Assembly (NCBI GenBank): GCA_045617785.1
Contig: JAZLJH010000024.1
Span: 10,936-74,935 of the forward strand
From: Acutalibacteraceae bacterium
GTDB taxonomy: Bacteria; Bacillota; Clostridia; Oscillospirales; Acutalibacteraceae
Reading direction: 5' to 3'
Length of the DNA: 64,000 nt
Notes under the pieces: generated by a model
Seen by the model: only the letters and a program-made list of their open reading frames with translations
Databases searched by the model: none
Told to the model about the DNA's origin: nothing
In this document: positions 26,930 to 37,325 of the stretch, in pieces
Layout of the letters: each line of letters opens with the position of its first letter
Position numbering within the stretch: the stretch's first letter is position 1
Made by a program: the position numbers and the translations under genes

Positions 26930-26971
26930 GGGAGCGATCCCGAAGAATTGATAGATGAAAGGATGAAGCCA

Positions 26972-29086
26972 ATGTCAAAGCTTGTTATAGTTGAGTCCCC
27001 CGCAAAAGCAAAGACGATAAAAAAATATCTCGGCAAGGACTATGAGGTTACTGCCTCAATGGGCCACATCAGAGATTTGCCGGCGGCAAAGCTCAGCGTT
27101 GATGTAAAAAATGATTTTGCTCCGAAATATTCAATAATAAAAGGCAAGGAAAAGCTTGTTAAAGAGCTTAAAGAAAAAGTCGAAAAAAGCGATTTCGTTT
27201 ATCTCGCAACCGACCCGGACCGCGAGGGTGAAGCCATTTCGTGGCATCTTTCAACAGTTCTCGGTCTTGACCTTAACGAGAAAAACAGAGTTAAGTTCAA
27301 CGAAATCAATGAAACAAGCGTTAAACGCGGCATAGCCAACCCCGAGGTAGTCGATATGGGGCTTGTAGATGCGCAGCAGGCACGCCGTATTCTTGACAGA
27401 CTTGTCGGTTACAGACTCAGCCCCTTCATTTCGCAGAAAATCAGGCGCGGACTTTCTGCAGGCAGAGTGCAGAGCGTTGCCGTTCGCCTTATAGTTGACC
27501 GCGATGAAGAAATCGCCGAATTTGTGCCCGAGGAGTATTGGAGCATAGATGCCAAATTCTCGAGCGGCAGAAAGACTTTCTCCGCCTTACTTACCGAGGA
27601 TGAAAACGGCAAGGTCAAAATTGAAAACAAAGAACAGTGCGACGGTTATATGAAACGCCTTGACGGTGCCGATTATGTTGCCTCAAGTGTTAAGAAAGGC
27701 ACACGCAAAAAGCAGCCCGCACCGCCGTTCATAACCTCATCAATGCAGCAGGAGGCTTCAAGAAAGCTCAACTTCCAGGCGCAGAAGACCATGAAGCTCG
27801 CTCAGGAGCTTTACGAAGGCGTTGAGGTCGCGGGCTTCGGCTCCACCGGTCTTATCACCTATATGAGAACCGACTCTCTGAGAATTTCAGAGGAAGCCAG
27901 AGCCGCCGCAAATTCATTCATCGAAGCTGAATACGGCGCAAAGTACCTCCCCGAAAAGCCGCGTTATTTCAAAACAAGAGCAGGTGCGCAGGATGGCCAC
28001 GAGGCTATAAGACCTACCAATGTTGCCATTACTCCCGCCAAGGCAAAATCAAGCCTTACCGCCGACCAGTATAAGCTTTACAGCCTTATCTGGTGCAGGT
28101 ATGTTGCAAGCCTTATGGCAGCCTGTGTTCAGGATACAGTCAAAGCCGAAATCAAGGCAACACGCCCGGGCGAAAGCGGCTTCTGCATTTTCTCGGCAAG
28201 CGGCTATTCCGTCAAATTCGACGGCTTCACCGCTCTTTATGAGGAATCCACCGATGAAGAAAAAGCTGAAAACACCGTTCCCGAAATCAAAGAGGGCGAT
28301 GCGGTCAAGCTTAAAGAGCTTAAAGATAATCAACACTTCACTCAGCCGCCGTCACACTTCACCGAGGCTTCGCTCATTAAAACTCTTGAAGAGACGGGTG
28401 TCGGCAGACCGAGTACCTATGCTTCGATAGTCAGCACCATTATCAAGCGCGAATATGTAAAGCGCGAGGGCAAGCTTCTAAAAGCCACCGAGCTCGGCTG
28501 TGCTACCACAAGCCTGCTTAAAGAGCGCTTCCAGAAGATAGTCAACACCAAGTTCACCGCGTCTATGGAAACCAAACTTGATGAAATCGACGAGGGCACC
28601 TGCAATTATGTTGAGATGTTGCGCGAGTTTTACGATGAGCTTGAAAACACAATTTCAAAGGCAAAATCCGAGATGCAGGGGCAGAAGATACAGCTTGCCG
28701 AGGATGTTACCGATATCAAGTGCGATAAATGCGGCAGAAATATGGTCATTAAAACCGGTCGTTTCGGCAAATTCCTGGCATGCCCCGGTTATCCCGAGTG
28801 CAAATCGACAAAGCCCCTTGTTGAAGAAACAAATGCGACCTGCCCCGTTTGCGGCGGTAAGGTCATAGGTAAAAAATCAAAGCGCGGCTTCCAGTTCTAC
28901 GGCTGCAGCAATTATCCCGAATGCAATTTTATGACATGGGATAAGCCTACCGGCGAAAACTGCCCCAAGTGCGGCAAATCGCTCTTTAAGGGCAAGGGTG
29001 GTATGATAACCTGCTCCAATACCGAATGCGGTTATTCGTTCAAAGCACCGCGCAAAAATGCAAAAAAATCACGTGAAGAAGAATGA
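26972..29086 (+). CDS. topA: DNA topoisomerase I
   Basis: LVIVESPAKAKTI Toprim domain, ITYMRTDS active-site Tyr region, and three C-terminal CxxC...CxxC zinc ribbons. Confidence 0.95.
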   Translation: MSKLVIVESPAKAKTIKKYLGKDYEVTASMGHIRDLPAAKLSVDVKNDFAPKYSIIKGKEKLVKELKEKVEKSDFVYLATDPDREGEAISWHLSTVLGLDLNEKNRVKFNEINETSVKRGIANPEVVDMGLVDAQQARRILDRLVGYRLSPFISQKIRRGLSAGRVQSVAVRLIVDRDEEIAEFVPEEYWSIDAKFSSGRKTFSALLTEDENGKVKIENKEQCDGYMKRLDGADYVASSVKKGTRKKQPAPPFITSSMQQEASRKLNFQAQKTMKLAQELYEGVEVAGFGSTGLITYMRTDSLRISEEARAAANSFIEAEYGAKYLPEKPRYFKTRAGAQDGHEAIRPTNVAITPAKAKSSLTADQYKLYSLIWCRYVASLMAACVQDTVKAEIKATRPGESGFCIFSASGYSVKFDGFTALYEESTDEEKAENTVPEIKEGDAVKLKELKDNQHFTQPPSHFTEASLIKTLEETGVGRPSTYASIVSTIIKREYVKREGKLLKATELGCATTSLLKERFQKIVNTKFTASMETKLDEIDEGTCNYVEMLREFYDELENTISKAKSEMQGQKIQLAEDVTDIKCDKCGRNMVIKTGRFGKFLACPGYPECKSTKPLVEETNATCPVCGGKVIGKKSKRGFQFYGCSNYPECNFMTWDKPTGENCPKCGKSLFKGKGGMITCSNTECGYSFKAPRKNAKKSREEE

Positions 29087-30399
29087 GTACCGATATTAAA
29101 TGCGCCACCGTAATAGGCGGCGGTCTTGCGGGTGTCGAGGCGGCACATCAGCTTTCAAAGCGCGGCGTAAAGGTTACGCTTTACGAAATGAAGCCGCAGC
29201 GCTTTTCGCCCGCACACAAAACCGATAAGCTCGCGGAGCTTGTCTGCTCAAATTCACTTAAAGCGGAACGGCTCGCATCGGCGGCAGGGCTTCTTAAAGC
29301 CGAAATGCGTATGTTCGATTCCGTTTGTCTTAAAGCGGCGGATATGTCAAAAGTGCCGGCAGGCGGCGCTCTTGCCGTTGATCGCGACAAATTTTCGGCA
29401 TTTATCACCGAAGCGATCGAAGGTGATGAAAATATCACGATCGTTCGCGAAGAGGTTACGAAAATTCCCGAAAGCGGCACCGTGATAATCGCGGCAGGTC
29501 CGTTGATGTCCGATGCGCTTTCAGCAGAGGTTGCAGAGCTTTGCGGAAAAGGCTTCCTCGCGTTTTACGATGCGGCGGCGCCCATAGTTACTGCCGAAAG
29601 CATTGATATGAGCGAGGCATTTACACAGTCGCGTTATGACAGGGGCGGCGAGGATGATTACATAAACTGCCCGCTCAACAAGGAACAGTATGAGGAATTT
29701 TACGAAGCGCTTATAAATGCCGAAAGTGCCGAGCTGCACAGCTTCGATAAAAAGAAGGATGTTTATGAGGGCTGTATGCCCATTGAGGTGCTCGCCTCGC
29801 GCGGACGCGATGCCATGCGTTACGGTCCGTTAAAGCCCGTGGGGCTTACAAATCCCAACACGGGTCACAGACCGTGGGCGAACCTTCAGCTTCGCAAGGA
29901 AAATAAAGACGGCACAATGTATAACCTCGTCGGTTTTCAGACCAACCTGAAATTTGCCGAGCAGAAGCGCGTTTTCTCAATGTTCCCCGCACTTAAAAAT
30001 GCCGAATTTGTGCGTTACGGCGTAATGCACCGCAACACGTTTCTCAATTCACCGGGCTTGCTTTCGAGTGATTTCAGTATGAAAAAAGAGCCGCGCATTT
30101 ATTTTGCCGGGCAGATAACCGGCGTTGAGGGCTATATGGAGTCCGCTTCCTCCGGCATACTTGCGGGGTATAACGCCGCAAGGCGCCTTTTCGGTGAGGA
30201 GCCGATAGAGCTCCCCAAAATAACAATGCTCGGCGCACTGTCGCAGTATGTTGCCGATGAAACCGTAAAGAATTTTCAGCCTATGGGTGCGGCGTTCGGT
30301 ATAATTGATCCGCTTGATGAGAAAATAAGAGATAAAAGCGAAAGATATGAAAGGCTCGCTTTAAGGAGCCTTGAATATCTCAAAAGCATTTCACTGTAA
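29083..30399 (+). CDS. trmFO: methylenetetrahydrofolate--tRNA-(uracil54-C5)-methyltransferase
   Basis: VIGGGLAGVEAA FAD motif and FAGQITGVEGYMES. It follows topA as in Bacillus. Confidence 0.93.
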   Translation: MSTDIKCATVIGGGLAGVEAAHQLSKRGVKVTLYEMKPQRFSPAHKTDKLAELVCSNSLKAERLASAAGLLKAEMRMFDSVCLKAADMSKVPAGGALAVDRDKFSAFITEAIEGDENITIVREEVTKIPESGTVIIAAGPLMSDALSAEVAELCGKGFLAFYDAAAPIVTAESIDMSEAFTQSRYDRGGEDDYINCPLNKEQYEEFYEALINAESAELHSFDKKKDVYEGCMPIEVLASRGRDAMRYGPLKPVGLTNPNTGHRPWANLQLRKENKDGTMYNLVGFQTNLKFAEQKRVFSMFPALKNAEFVRYGVMHRNTFLNSPGLLSSDFSMKKEPRIYFAGQITGVEGYMESASSGILAGYNAARRLFGEEPIELPKITMLGALSQYVADETVKNFQPMGAAFGIIDPLDEKIRDKSERYERLALRSLEYLKSISL

Positions 30400-30411
30400 A
30401 GGGTGTAAAAG

Positions 30412-31092
30412 ATGGAACTCGCAGATTTTGAAGCGAAAATAAACTACACATTCAAAAATAAGCAGCTGCTTCAGACGGCACTCACGCATTCGTCATACGC
30501 CAATGAAAACAGATTGCCTTATGATAACGAGCGCCTTGAATTTCTGGGCGATTCCGTACTCGGCTTCGTTACCGCCGAATATCTTTACAGCGAATATAAA
30601 ACGCGCCCCGAGGGCGAGCTCACGAAATTAAGGTCTGCAGTTGTCTGCGAAAAATCACTTTTCCGCTTTGCCGAAAAAATATCGCTCGGCGATTTCATAC
30701 TTATGGGCAAGGGCGAGGAGCACACCGGCGGCAGAAACAGACCTTCGGTCGTTTCCGATGCGTTTGAAGCCGTTATTGCCGCGATTTATCTCGACGGCGG
30801 CATCGAATGTGCCGCACCGTATATACTCGGCTTTATAAAAGAAGCCGTAAAACGCGAAGCGAGCTTCAAGGATAATAAATCGCTTCTGCAGGAGGAAATA
30901 CAGAAAATCAAGGGCAACACCCTCACTTACGAAGAGGTCGGCGAAAAAGGTCCCGATCACGATAAGGTCTTTATTTTCAATGTACTTTTGAACGGTAAAA
31001 TAATCGGCAGCGGCAAGGGCAAAAGCAAAAAGGAAGCCGAGCAGGCAGCGGCAGGCGCGGCGCTTTTGAATTTACAAAATGAAGCACGCTAA
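30412..31092 (+). CDS. rnc: ribonuclease III
   Basis: NERLEFLGDSVL signature and a C-terminal dsRBD (GKGKSKKEAEQAAA). Confidence 0.93.
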   Translation: MELADFEAKINYTFKNKQLLQTALTHSSYANENRLPYDNERLEFLGDSVLGFVTAEYLYSEYKTRPEGELTKLRSAVVCEKSLFRFAEKISLGDFILMGKGEEHTGGRNRPSVVSDAFEAVIAAIYLDGGIECAAPYILGFIKEAVKREASFKDNKSLLQEEIQKIKGNTLTYEEVGEKGPDHDKVFIFNVLLNGKIIGSGKGKSKKEAEQAAAGAALLNLQNEAR

Positions 31093-32104
31093 TATATCGC
31101 TTTTCGTGCCGCACGCGGGCTGCCCGCATCAGTGCTCGTTCTGCAATCAGAAGACTATATCGGGCTCGGTGGTTCCGCTCACCGCGGAGCAGACCGTAAA
31201 AACTCTTGCCGAAGCCGCAAATGCCGGCTTGGAGCCGCGAAATACCGAAATTGCTTTTTTCGGCGGCAGCTTTACCGCCATTGAGCGCGACTATATGGTA
31301 AGCCTGCTTGAAGCGGCGTATCCGTTTGTCGAAAACGGTACATTCTGCGGCATAAGGGTTTCCACGCGTCCCGATGCCGTAAGTGCGGAAATTCTTGAAA
31401 TACTTAAAAAATACGGCGTGACCTCGGTCGAACTCGGTGCGCAGAGTACCGATGATGCCGTGCTCAATATGAATAACCGCGGTCATTCGCGAGCCGATAT
31501 TTTTAATGCCGCAGAACTTATAAAACAAGCGGGTATTTCGCTCGGCTTGCAGATGATGACGGGACTGTATGGCGACACGCCCGAAAAATGTGTAAAAACC
31601 GCCGGGGATATTATTCGGATGCGCCCCGATACCGTTCGCATTTACCCCACAATAACGCTTGAAGGCACATATCTCGCCGAGCTTTACAGGGCGGGTACAT
31701 ATAATCCGCAGACACTTGATGAAGCCGTCGAGCTCTGTGCGGTGCTCCTTAAAATGTTTCACGATGAAGACATAACCGTTATCCGCCTCGGTCTTCATTC
31801 GGGCGGCAATGTCGATGACGGTTATGTCGCAGGTCCGTACCATCCCGCATTCGGCGAGTTGTGCGACTCAAAAATATATCTTGAAGAAGCAAAAAAGCTT
31901 CTTGTTGAAAAATACGGTGAACGGCATACCGATGTGTGCTCGCTTTCAAAAACGCCCGCTCCCGTTATTTATGTGAATGACCGTGAAATTTCAAAAATGA
32001 TCGGGCAGAAGCGTTCAAACCTCACCGCGCTTATGCGTATGGGGTACGATGTTACCGTAAAGGGTAACAAAAATCTTTCAAAATACGAAATCAATTTGGC
32101 GTAA
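31079..32104 (+). CDS. radical SAM protein (ELP3/YhcC-like)
   Basis: HAGCPHQCSFCNQ CxxxCxxC cluster motif, located between rnc and smc. Confidence 0.8.
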   Translation: MKHANISLFVPHAGCPHQCSFCNQKTISGSVVPLTAEQTVKTLAEAANAGLEPRNTEIAFFGGSFTAIERDYMVSLLEAAYPFVENGTFCGIRVSTRPDAVSAEILEILKKYGVTSVELGAQSTDDAVLNMNNRGHSRADIFNAAELIKQAGISLGLQMMTGLYGDTPEKCVKTAGDIIRMRPDTVRIYPTITLEGTYLAELYRAGTYNPQTLDEAVELCAVLLKMFHDEDITVIRLGLHSGGNVDDGYVAGPYHPAFGELCDSKIYLEEAKKLLVEKYGERHTDVCSLSKTPAPVIYVNDREISKMIGQKRSNLTALMRMGYDVTVKGNKNLSKYEINLA

Positions 32105-32128
32105 CACGCCTGAAACGGAGAAATCTCA

Positions 32129-35100
32129 ATGTATCTTAAAGCAATAGAAATGCAGGGCTTCAAATCCTTTCCGGATAAGACCGTTCTGAATTTCGGTAAG
32201 GGCATAACTGCGGTAGTCGGCCCCAACGGCAGCGGCAAAAGTAATCTTTCCGATGCCATGCGCTGGGTGCTCGGCGAGCAGTCTACCAAAAATCTGCGCG
32301 GCTCGAAAATGGAGGATGTCATTTTCAGCGGTACGGATCAGCGCCGTGCGGTCGGCTTTGCCGAGGTTACCTTAAAGCTCGATAATTCCGACGGAGCCCT
32401 CAACAACCCCGAAAAGAATGTCAGCGTAACAAGGCGATATTTCCGTTCGGGCGAAAGTGAATATAAAATAAATAACGAGCCTGCAAGGCTTAAAGATATA
32501 CACGAGCTGTTTATGGATACCGGCCTCGGCAGAGACGGCTATTCAATGGTCAGTCAGGGCAAAATCGAAACGCTTATTTCCGGCAAATCCGATGACAGAC
32601 GCGATATGCTCGAAGAAGCCGCAGGCATTTCGCATTACAGATACCGCCGCACCGAGGCTACCCGCAGGCTCGACCAGGCGGAAGAAAATCTTTTAAGATT
32701 GCGCGATATTCTTACCGAGCTTGAATCCCGCGTGGGACCTTTGAAAGTCCAAAGCGAAAAAGCGCAGAAATTTCTTGAATATGCAGGCGAGAAAAAGGAA
32801 CTCGAAATCGGACTTTGGCTCCACACCATTGAAAAAACAAAAGAAAATCTCCGCGACCACGAAAAGAAACTCACCATAGCCGAAGCACAGTATGCCGAGG
32901 TTTGCAAAACTCTTGAAGAAATTACCGCAAAAATCGAAGCTTCATTTGAAGATGGTCAGAAAATAAATGTCAGTATTGATGAAATACGCCGCGCCTGCGC
33001 ACAACTCGACGAACAGGCATCGGCTCTTGACGGCAGAATAGCCGTTGAAGAAAATACCATACTTCACAACAACACCACCATAGAGCGCATCGAGCGCGAA
33101 AAAACCGAGGAAAACGACAGCGATTCCGAGGTCTTTGCGCAAATTGAAGCGGCACGCGCCGCCATAGAAAAGCTTACTGCCGAAATCGGGACGAAAAAGG
33201 CGGAGCTTGAAGCGTTTTCCGGCGAGCTTGATGTACTTACCGATGAAACGGGCAAAAGCGCACAGAAAAGCCTTGAGCTTTCCGAAAAAATCTCGGCTGT
33301 ATCGCTGCAGATAGCAGATAACCGCGTTACCGTTTCCACTGCGGACAGCTCCGTTGAGGAAATCAACAACCGCATAAAAGCGATAGATGAAACAACCGCC
33401 AACCGTGCACCGATTCTTGAAGCACTAAAAGCCGAAAAGGCGGCGGCACAAGCGGAGCTTGCGGCTGTTTCCGAACGCGCCGCAGAGCTTAACAACTCGC
33501 TTGCGGGTATTGAGCTGCTTGCCAAAAAACGCCTTGAAAAGCTCGAAGAACTCAAAAAAGAGCAAACAGACCTTACAAACAGTCTAAATGCAAAGCAGTC
33601 GCGTATGCAGGTGCTTTCCGACCTTGAAAAGAATATGGAGGGCTATCAGGGCAGTGTTAAGGCGGTTATGCGCGAGGTACGCCACGGCACGCTCAAAGGC
33701 ATACACGCCCCTGTTTCGCAGATAATCAATGTTAAGGAAAAATACGCCCTTGCCGTTGAAACGGCGCTCGGCGCACAGATTCAGAACATTATCACCGATA
33801 CCGAAAACGATGCTAAAAAGGCGATAGGCTTCCTTAAAGAAAGCAACGCCGGCAGAGCCACGTTCCTGCCGCTTACCTCAATCAAAGGTAAGCTGCTCGA
33901 CGAAAAGAATCTTGATGATTGCTACGGCTACATAAACCTTGCAAGCGAGCTTGTGGAATATGACCGTAAGTATAAGGATATTATCGAATCCCTGCTTGGC
34001 AGAACGGTCGTTGCCGAAGATCTTGATGCTGCAATAGCCATAGCAAAAAAGTATACATACCGTTTCAAGATAGTTACGCTTGACGGTCAGGTAGTAAACG
34101 CCGGCGGCTCCATGACGGGCGGCGCCAAGCTCCATAACGCCGGTATTCTCAGCCGCGGCAACGAGCTTGAAAAGCTGAAAGCCGAGTGCGATTCCCTTAC
34201 CGAAAAGCTCAAACTTAAATCAAACGATGTGCTTCTTCAGCAGGAAAACTGCTCCGGCGTAAATGCCGAGCTCGAAGGCTGTAAGGCGGAAATCGCCTCA
34301 CTCGGCGAAGATAAAATACGTGCCGAAGGTGTGCTCGCTCTTAAAGAAGGGCAGTACAACACTATTGCTGCCGCTCAGACGGAAACCGACAGCGAGCGCG
34401 CTTCGCTTGTTGAAAGAATTGCCCAAATCAAAGACGGCGCCGCATCCGCGCAAACTCTGCTTGCAGAACTGCAAAAAACACTTGAAGAATACGAGAGTGA
34501 AGCCGCATTTTTAACGGGTGACCGCGAAACACTCACCGCAAAGCGCGAGGAGCTTACCGCAAAGGCTGCCGAAATCAACCTTGTTATTGCCACCGCACGC
34601 AAGGAGATCGAGGATAAGCAGGAAGAAACCGCACGCCTTGAAAGCAGAAGCACAAGCCATAAGGATAAGCTTACCCAGCTTGACGGCGAAATTGCCGAAA
34701 TAAAAGCGCGCAATGAAGAAATTGCAAAAACCGTTGAAATACTCAAATCCGAAGCGGAGCAGTTGAGAAAAAGCAACGATGAATCCCGCGTGAAAATCGA
34801 AGCACTTACCGCGCAGCGCGAACAGCTTGACCGCGAAAGCACCGAGCTGCGTGCCGCAGAGCGCGAAAAGACCGAGGAACGCGAAAAAATCGGCGGCGAA
34901 AAGGCAAGACTTACCGAACGCCGCGACAATATGGAAAAAGAGTTTGAAACCATTTCAAACAAGCTTTACGATGAATATGAGCTTACACGCCGCGAGGCAG
35001 AGGAGCTCAATATCGTAATCGAGGATGTTTCGGCGGCTTCAAAACGCCTGAATGAACTCAAAGGCAAAATAAGAGCGCTCGGCAATGTAAATGTCAGCGC

Positions 35101-35698
35101 AATCGAGGAGTATAAAGAGGTTTCCGAGCGTTACAGCTTTATGCACGCGCAGGTCAGCGATGTTGAAAAATCAAAAGCCGAGCTCATTAAGCTCATAAAT
35201 GAGCTTACCGGCAAAATGGGCGTTCAGTTCAAAGAACAGTTTGACAAAATCAACCTGAACTTCGGTCAGACCTTCGCCGAGCTTTTCGGCGGCGGCAAAG
35301 CCTCGCTCGTTCTTACCGATGAAAGCGATGTGCTCGAATGTGAAATCGATATAAAGGTTCAGCCTCCGGGCAAAAATGTTCAGAACATTTCACTGCTTTC
35401 GGGCGGCGAAAAGGGACTTTCTGCGATTGCACTTCTGTTCTCAATACTCAAAGTCAATCCCTGCCCGTTCTGCATCTTCGACGAGGTCGAAGCGGCTCTT
35501 GACGATGTCAATGTTGCCAGGTACGCGAGTTATGTTCGCAGCATTACCGACAATACCCAGTTCATCCTCATCACTCACCGCCGCGGCACCATGGAAGAAG
35601 CCGATATGCTTTACGGCGTTACCATGCAGGAAAAAGGCGTGTCCAAGCTTCTTGAGTTAAAGACCGCCGAAATGGCGAGCAAATTCGATTTGAACTGA
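32129..35698 (+). CDS. smc: chromosome partition protein Smc
   Basis: GPNGSGKSN Walker A, long coiled coils, hinge, LSGGEK signature and FCIFDEVEAALD Walker B. Confidence 0.95.
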   Translation: MYLKAIEMQGFKSFPDKTVLNFGKGITAVVGPNGSGKSNLSDAMRWVLGEQSTKNLRGSKMEDVIFSGTDQRRAVGFAEVTLKLDNSDGALNNPEKNVSVTRRYFRSGESEYKINNEPARLKDIHELFMDTGLGRDGYSMVSQGKIETLISGKSDDRRDMLEEAAGISHYRYRRTEATRRLDQAEENLLRLRDILTELESRVGPLKVQSEKAQKFLEYAGEKKELEIGLWLHTIEKTKENLRDHEKKLTIAEAQYAEVCKTLEEITAKIEASFEDGQKINVSIDEIRRACAQLDEQASALDGRIAVEENTILHNNTTIERIEREKTEENDSDSEVFAQIEAARAAIEKLTAEIGTKKAELEAFSGELDVLTDETGKSAQKSLELSEKISAVSLQIADNRVTVSTADSSVEEINNRIKAIDETTANRAPILEALKAEKAAAQAELAAVSERAAELNNSLAGIELLAKKRLEKLEELKKEQTDLTNSLNAKQSRMQVLSDLEKNMEGYQGSVKAVMREVRHGTLKGIHAPVSQIINVKEKYALAVETALGAQIQNIITDTENDAKKAIGFLKESNAGRATFLPLTSIKGKLLDEKNLDDCYGYINLASELVEYDRKYKDIIESLLGRTVVAEDLDAAIAIAKKYTYRFKIVTLDGQVVNAGGSMTGGAKLHNAGILSRGNELEKLKAECDSLTEKLKLKSNDVLLQQENCSGVNAELEGCKAEIASLGEDKIRAEGVLALKEGQYNTIAAAQTETDSERASLVERIAQIKDGAASAQTLLAELQKTLEEYESEAAFLTGDRETLTAKREELTAKAAEINLVIATARKEIEDKQEETARLESRSTSHKDKLTQLDGEIAEIKARNEEIAKTVEILKSEAEQLRKSNDESRVKIEALTAQREQLDRESTELRAAEREKTEEREKIGGEKARLTERRDNMEKEFETISNKLYDEYELTRREAEELNIVIEDVSAASKRLNELKGKIRALGNVNVSAIEEYKEVSERYSFMHAQVSDVEKSKAELIKLINELTGKMGVQFKEQFDKINLNFGQTFAELFGGGKASLVLTDESDVLECEIDIKVQPPGKNVQNISLLSGGEKGLSAIALLFSILKVNPCPFCIFDEVEAALDDVNVARYASYVRSITDNTQFILITHRRGTMEEADMLYGVTMQEKGVSKLLELKTAEMASKFDLN

Positions 35699-35726
35699 TC
35701 TTGCACGCATCTTGCGGTTTTGTTCG
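35698..35726 (+). repeat. 29-bp direct repeat, copy 1 (starts at the last base of the smc stop codon)
   Basis: ATCTTGCACGCATCTTGCGGTTTTGTTCG, identical to 35809-35837. Confidence 0.95.
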
Positions 35727-35808
35727 CCGAACTCGCGTACCCTTGTACGCGTCGGGCTCACAATTCCCGCAATCTGCGCACAATCTCAGTTCAAATGGCG
35801 TGACTTAA

Positions 35809-35837
35809 ATCTTGCACGCATCTTGCGGTTTTGTTCG
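35809..35837 (+). repeat. 29-bp direct repeat, copy 2
   Basis: Identical to 35698-35726. It lies 30 nt upstream of the ftsY TTG start. Confidence 0.95.
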
Positions 35838-35867
35838 ACCATATATACATAAAAAGGAGTTATTATC

Positions 35868-37325
35868 TTGGGTGTATTCAAAAAAATAAACTTCGGACTT
35901 CGTAAAACCAGAAACAATATGTCCGGCGCTATCGACAATGTGCTTGACAGCTACACCTCCATTGACGAGGAGCTTTTCGACGAACTTGAAGAAGCTCTCG
36001 TGATGGGCGATGTGGGCGTTACCACAGCCGCCGAAATCACCACGCGCCTCAATGACCGCGTGCGCAAAAAAGGTCTTAAAGATCCCGCGCAGGTCAAAAG
36101 CGAAATTAAGGAAATAGTTGCCGAAATGCTTGAGGGCGGCGAGGATATGGGACTTATCACCATTCCGTCGGTCATTCTCGTTATCGGTGTAAACGGCGTG
36201 GGCAAAACCACCACCATCGGCAAAATGGCTGCTATGTATAAGGCAGAGGGCAAAAAGGTAGTGCTTGCCGCCGCCGATACATTCCGTGCCGCCGCAATCG
36301 ACCAGCTTGATGTCTGGGCTGAACGCGCCGGTGTTGATATTATAAAGCATAAAGAGGGCGCAGACCCTGCGGCAGTTATATTCGATACCATTTCAGCCGC
36401 AAAGGCTCGCGGCACCGATATAATAATCTGTGACACCGCCGGCAGACTTCACAACAAGAAAAATCTTATGGAGGAGCTTGCCAAGATTTACCGCGTAATA
36501 GACCGCGAACTGCCTTATTCCGACCGTGAGGTGCTTTTGGTGCTTGATGCCACCACGGGGCAGAATGCCGTTAACCAGGCACGCGAATTTGCAAAAATTG
36601 CCGAAATTACAGGTATTATTCTTACCAAACTTGACGGTACCGCTCGCGGCGGTGTTGTGCTTTCGATTAAAAACGACCTCAAAGTGCCCGTTAAATTCGT
36701 GGGTGTTGGCGAGGGCATAGACGATTTGCAGCCGTTCAACCCCAAGGCATTTGCCGAGGGACTTTTCGAGGCTCTGCCCGAGGACTACGAGGAAGACGAA
36801 ATCGACCTTTCAAAAATCCGTGAGGATATCCCCGTTACCGATGATGCCGCCGATGATGAAAAGGCGGAACTTGCCAAAGCCGTAGGCGAGCTGTTTGAAG
36901 CCATGGGCGAAATCGCCGCAGACGAACAGACTGAAACCGCAGAGGCTGCCGCAGAAGCGATTGTCGAATCAGAGGTGGCAGAGATGATTTATGAAACTGC
37001 CGAATCCGAAGATGCGGAAGAAATCGAACCCGAAGCGGAAACGGAAGAAATCGCAGAACCCGAAGCAGTTGAAGAAGCACTGCCCGATTATTCGGCTCCG
37101 ATTGAAACCGCAGAGCCCGAAACGGTTGAAGAAATTTCCGAGCCCGTAATCGAAACCGCCGAGGGCGAAGCCGAAAGCACCGTTGATACAACCGAGCCCG
37201 AAATCGTTTCAGAGGTTGAAAAAGAGCCCGAAGCACCTGCCGCATCCGCAGTTGCTGCCGAGCCTGCAAAAGAAAAAGAGGAGCCCAAGAAGAAAAAGGG
37301 CTTCTTCGGGAGGTTCTTCAGATAA
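35868..37325 (+). CDS. ftsY: signal recognition particle receptor FtsY with a C-terminal acidic extension
   Basis: TTG start after an AAAAGGAG RBS. The NG domain has [15 protein letters not shown] and TKLDGT. It is followed by about 180 acidic residues ending [12 protein letters not shown]. Confidence 0.92.
   Translation: MGVFKKINFGLRKTRNNMSGAIDNVLDSYTSIDEELFDELEEALVMGDVGVTTAAEITTRLNDRVRKKGLKDPAQVKSEIKEIVAEMLEGGEDMGLITIPSVILVIGVNGVGKTTTIGKMAAMYKAEGKKVVLAAADTFRAAAIDQLDVWAERAGVDIIKHKEGADPAAVIFDTISAAKARGTDIIICDTAGRLHNKKNLMEELAKIYRVIDRELPYSDREVLLVLDATTGQNAVNQAREFAKIAEITGIILTKLDGTARGGVVLSIKNDLKVPVKFVGVGEGIDDLQPFNPKAFAEGLFEALPEDYEEDEIDLSKIREDIPVTDDAADDEKAELAKAVGELFEAMGEIAADEQTETAEAAAEAIVESEVAEMIYETAESEDAEEIEPEAETEEIAEPEAVEEALPDYSAPIETAEPETVEEISEPVIETAEGEAESTVDTTEPEIVSEVEKEPEAPAASAVAAEPAKEKEEPKKKKGFFGRFFR

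Noticed and set aside
36835-37269. A 144-aa Arg/Leu/Gln-rich ORF opposite the ftsY 3' region.
   Set aside because: It is the mirror image of the GAA/GCC-rich acidic repeat of ftsY. Its periodic low complexity is dictated by the sense strand.
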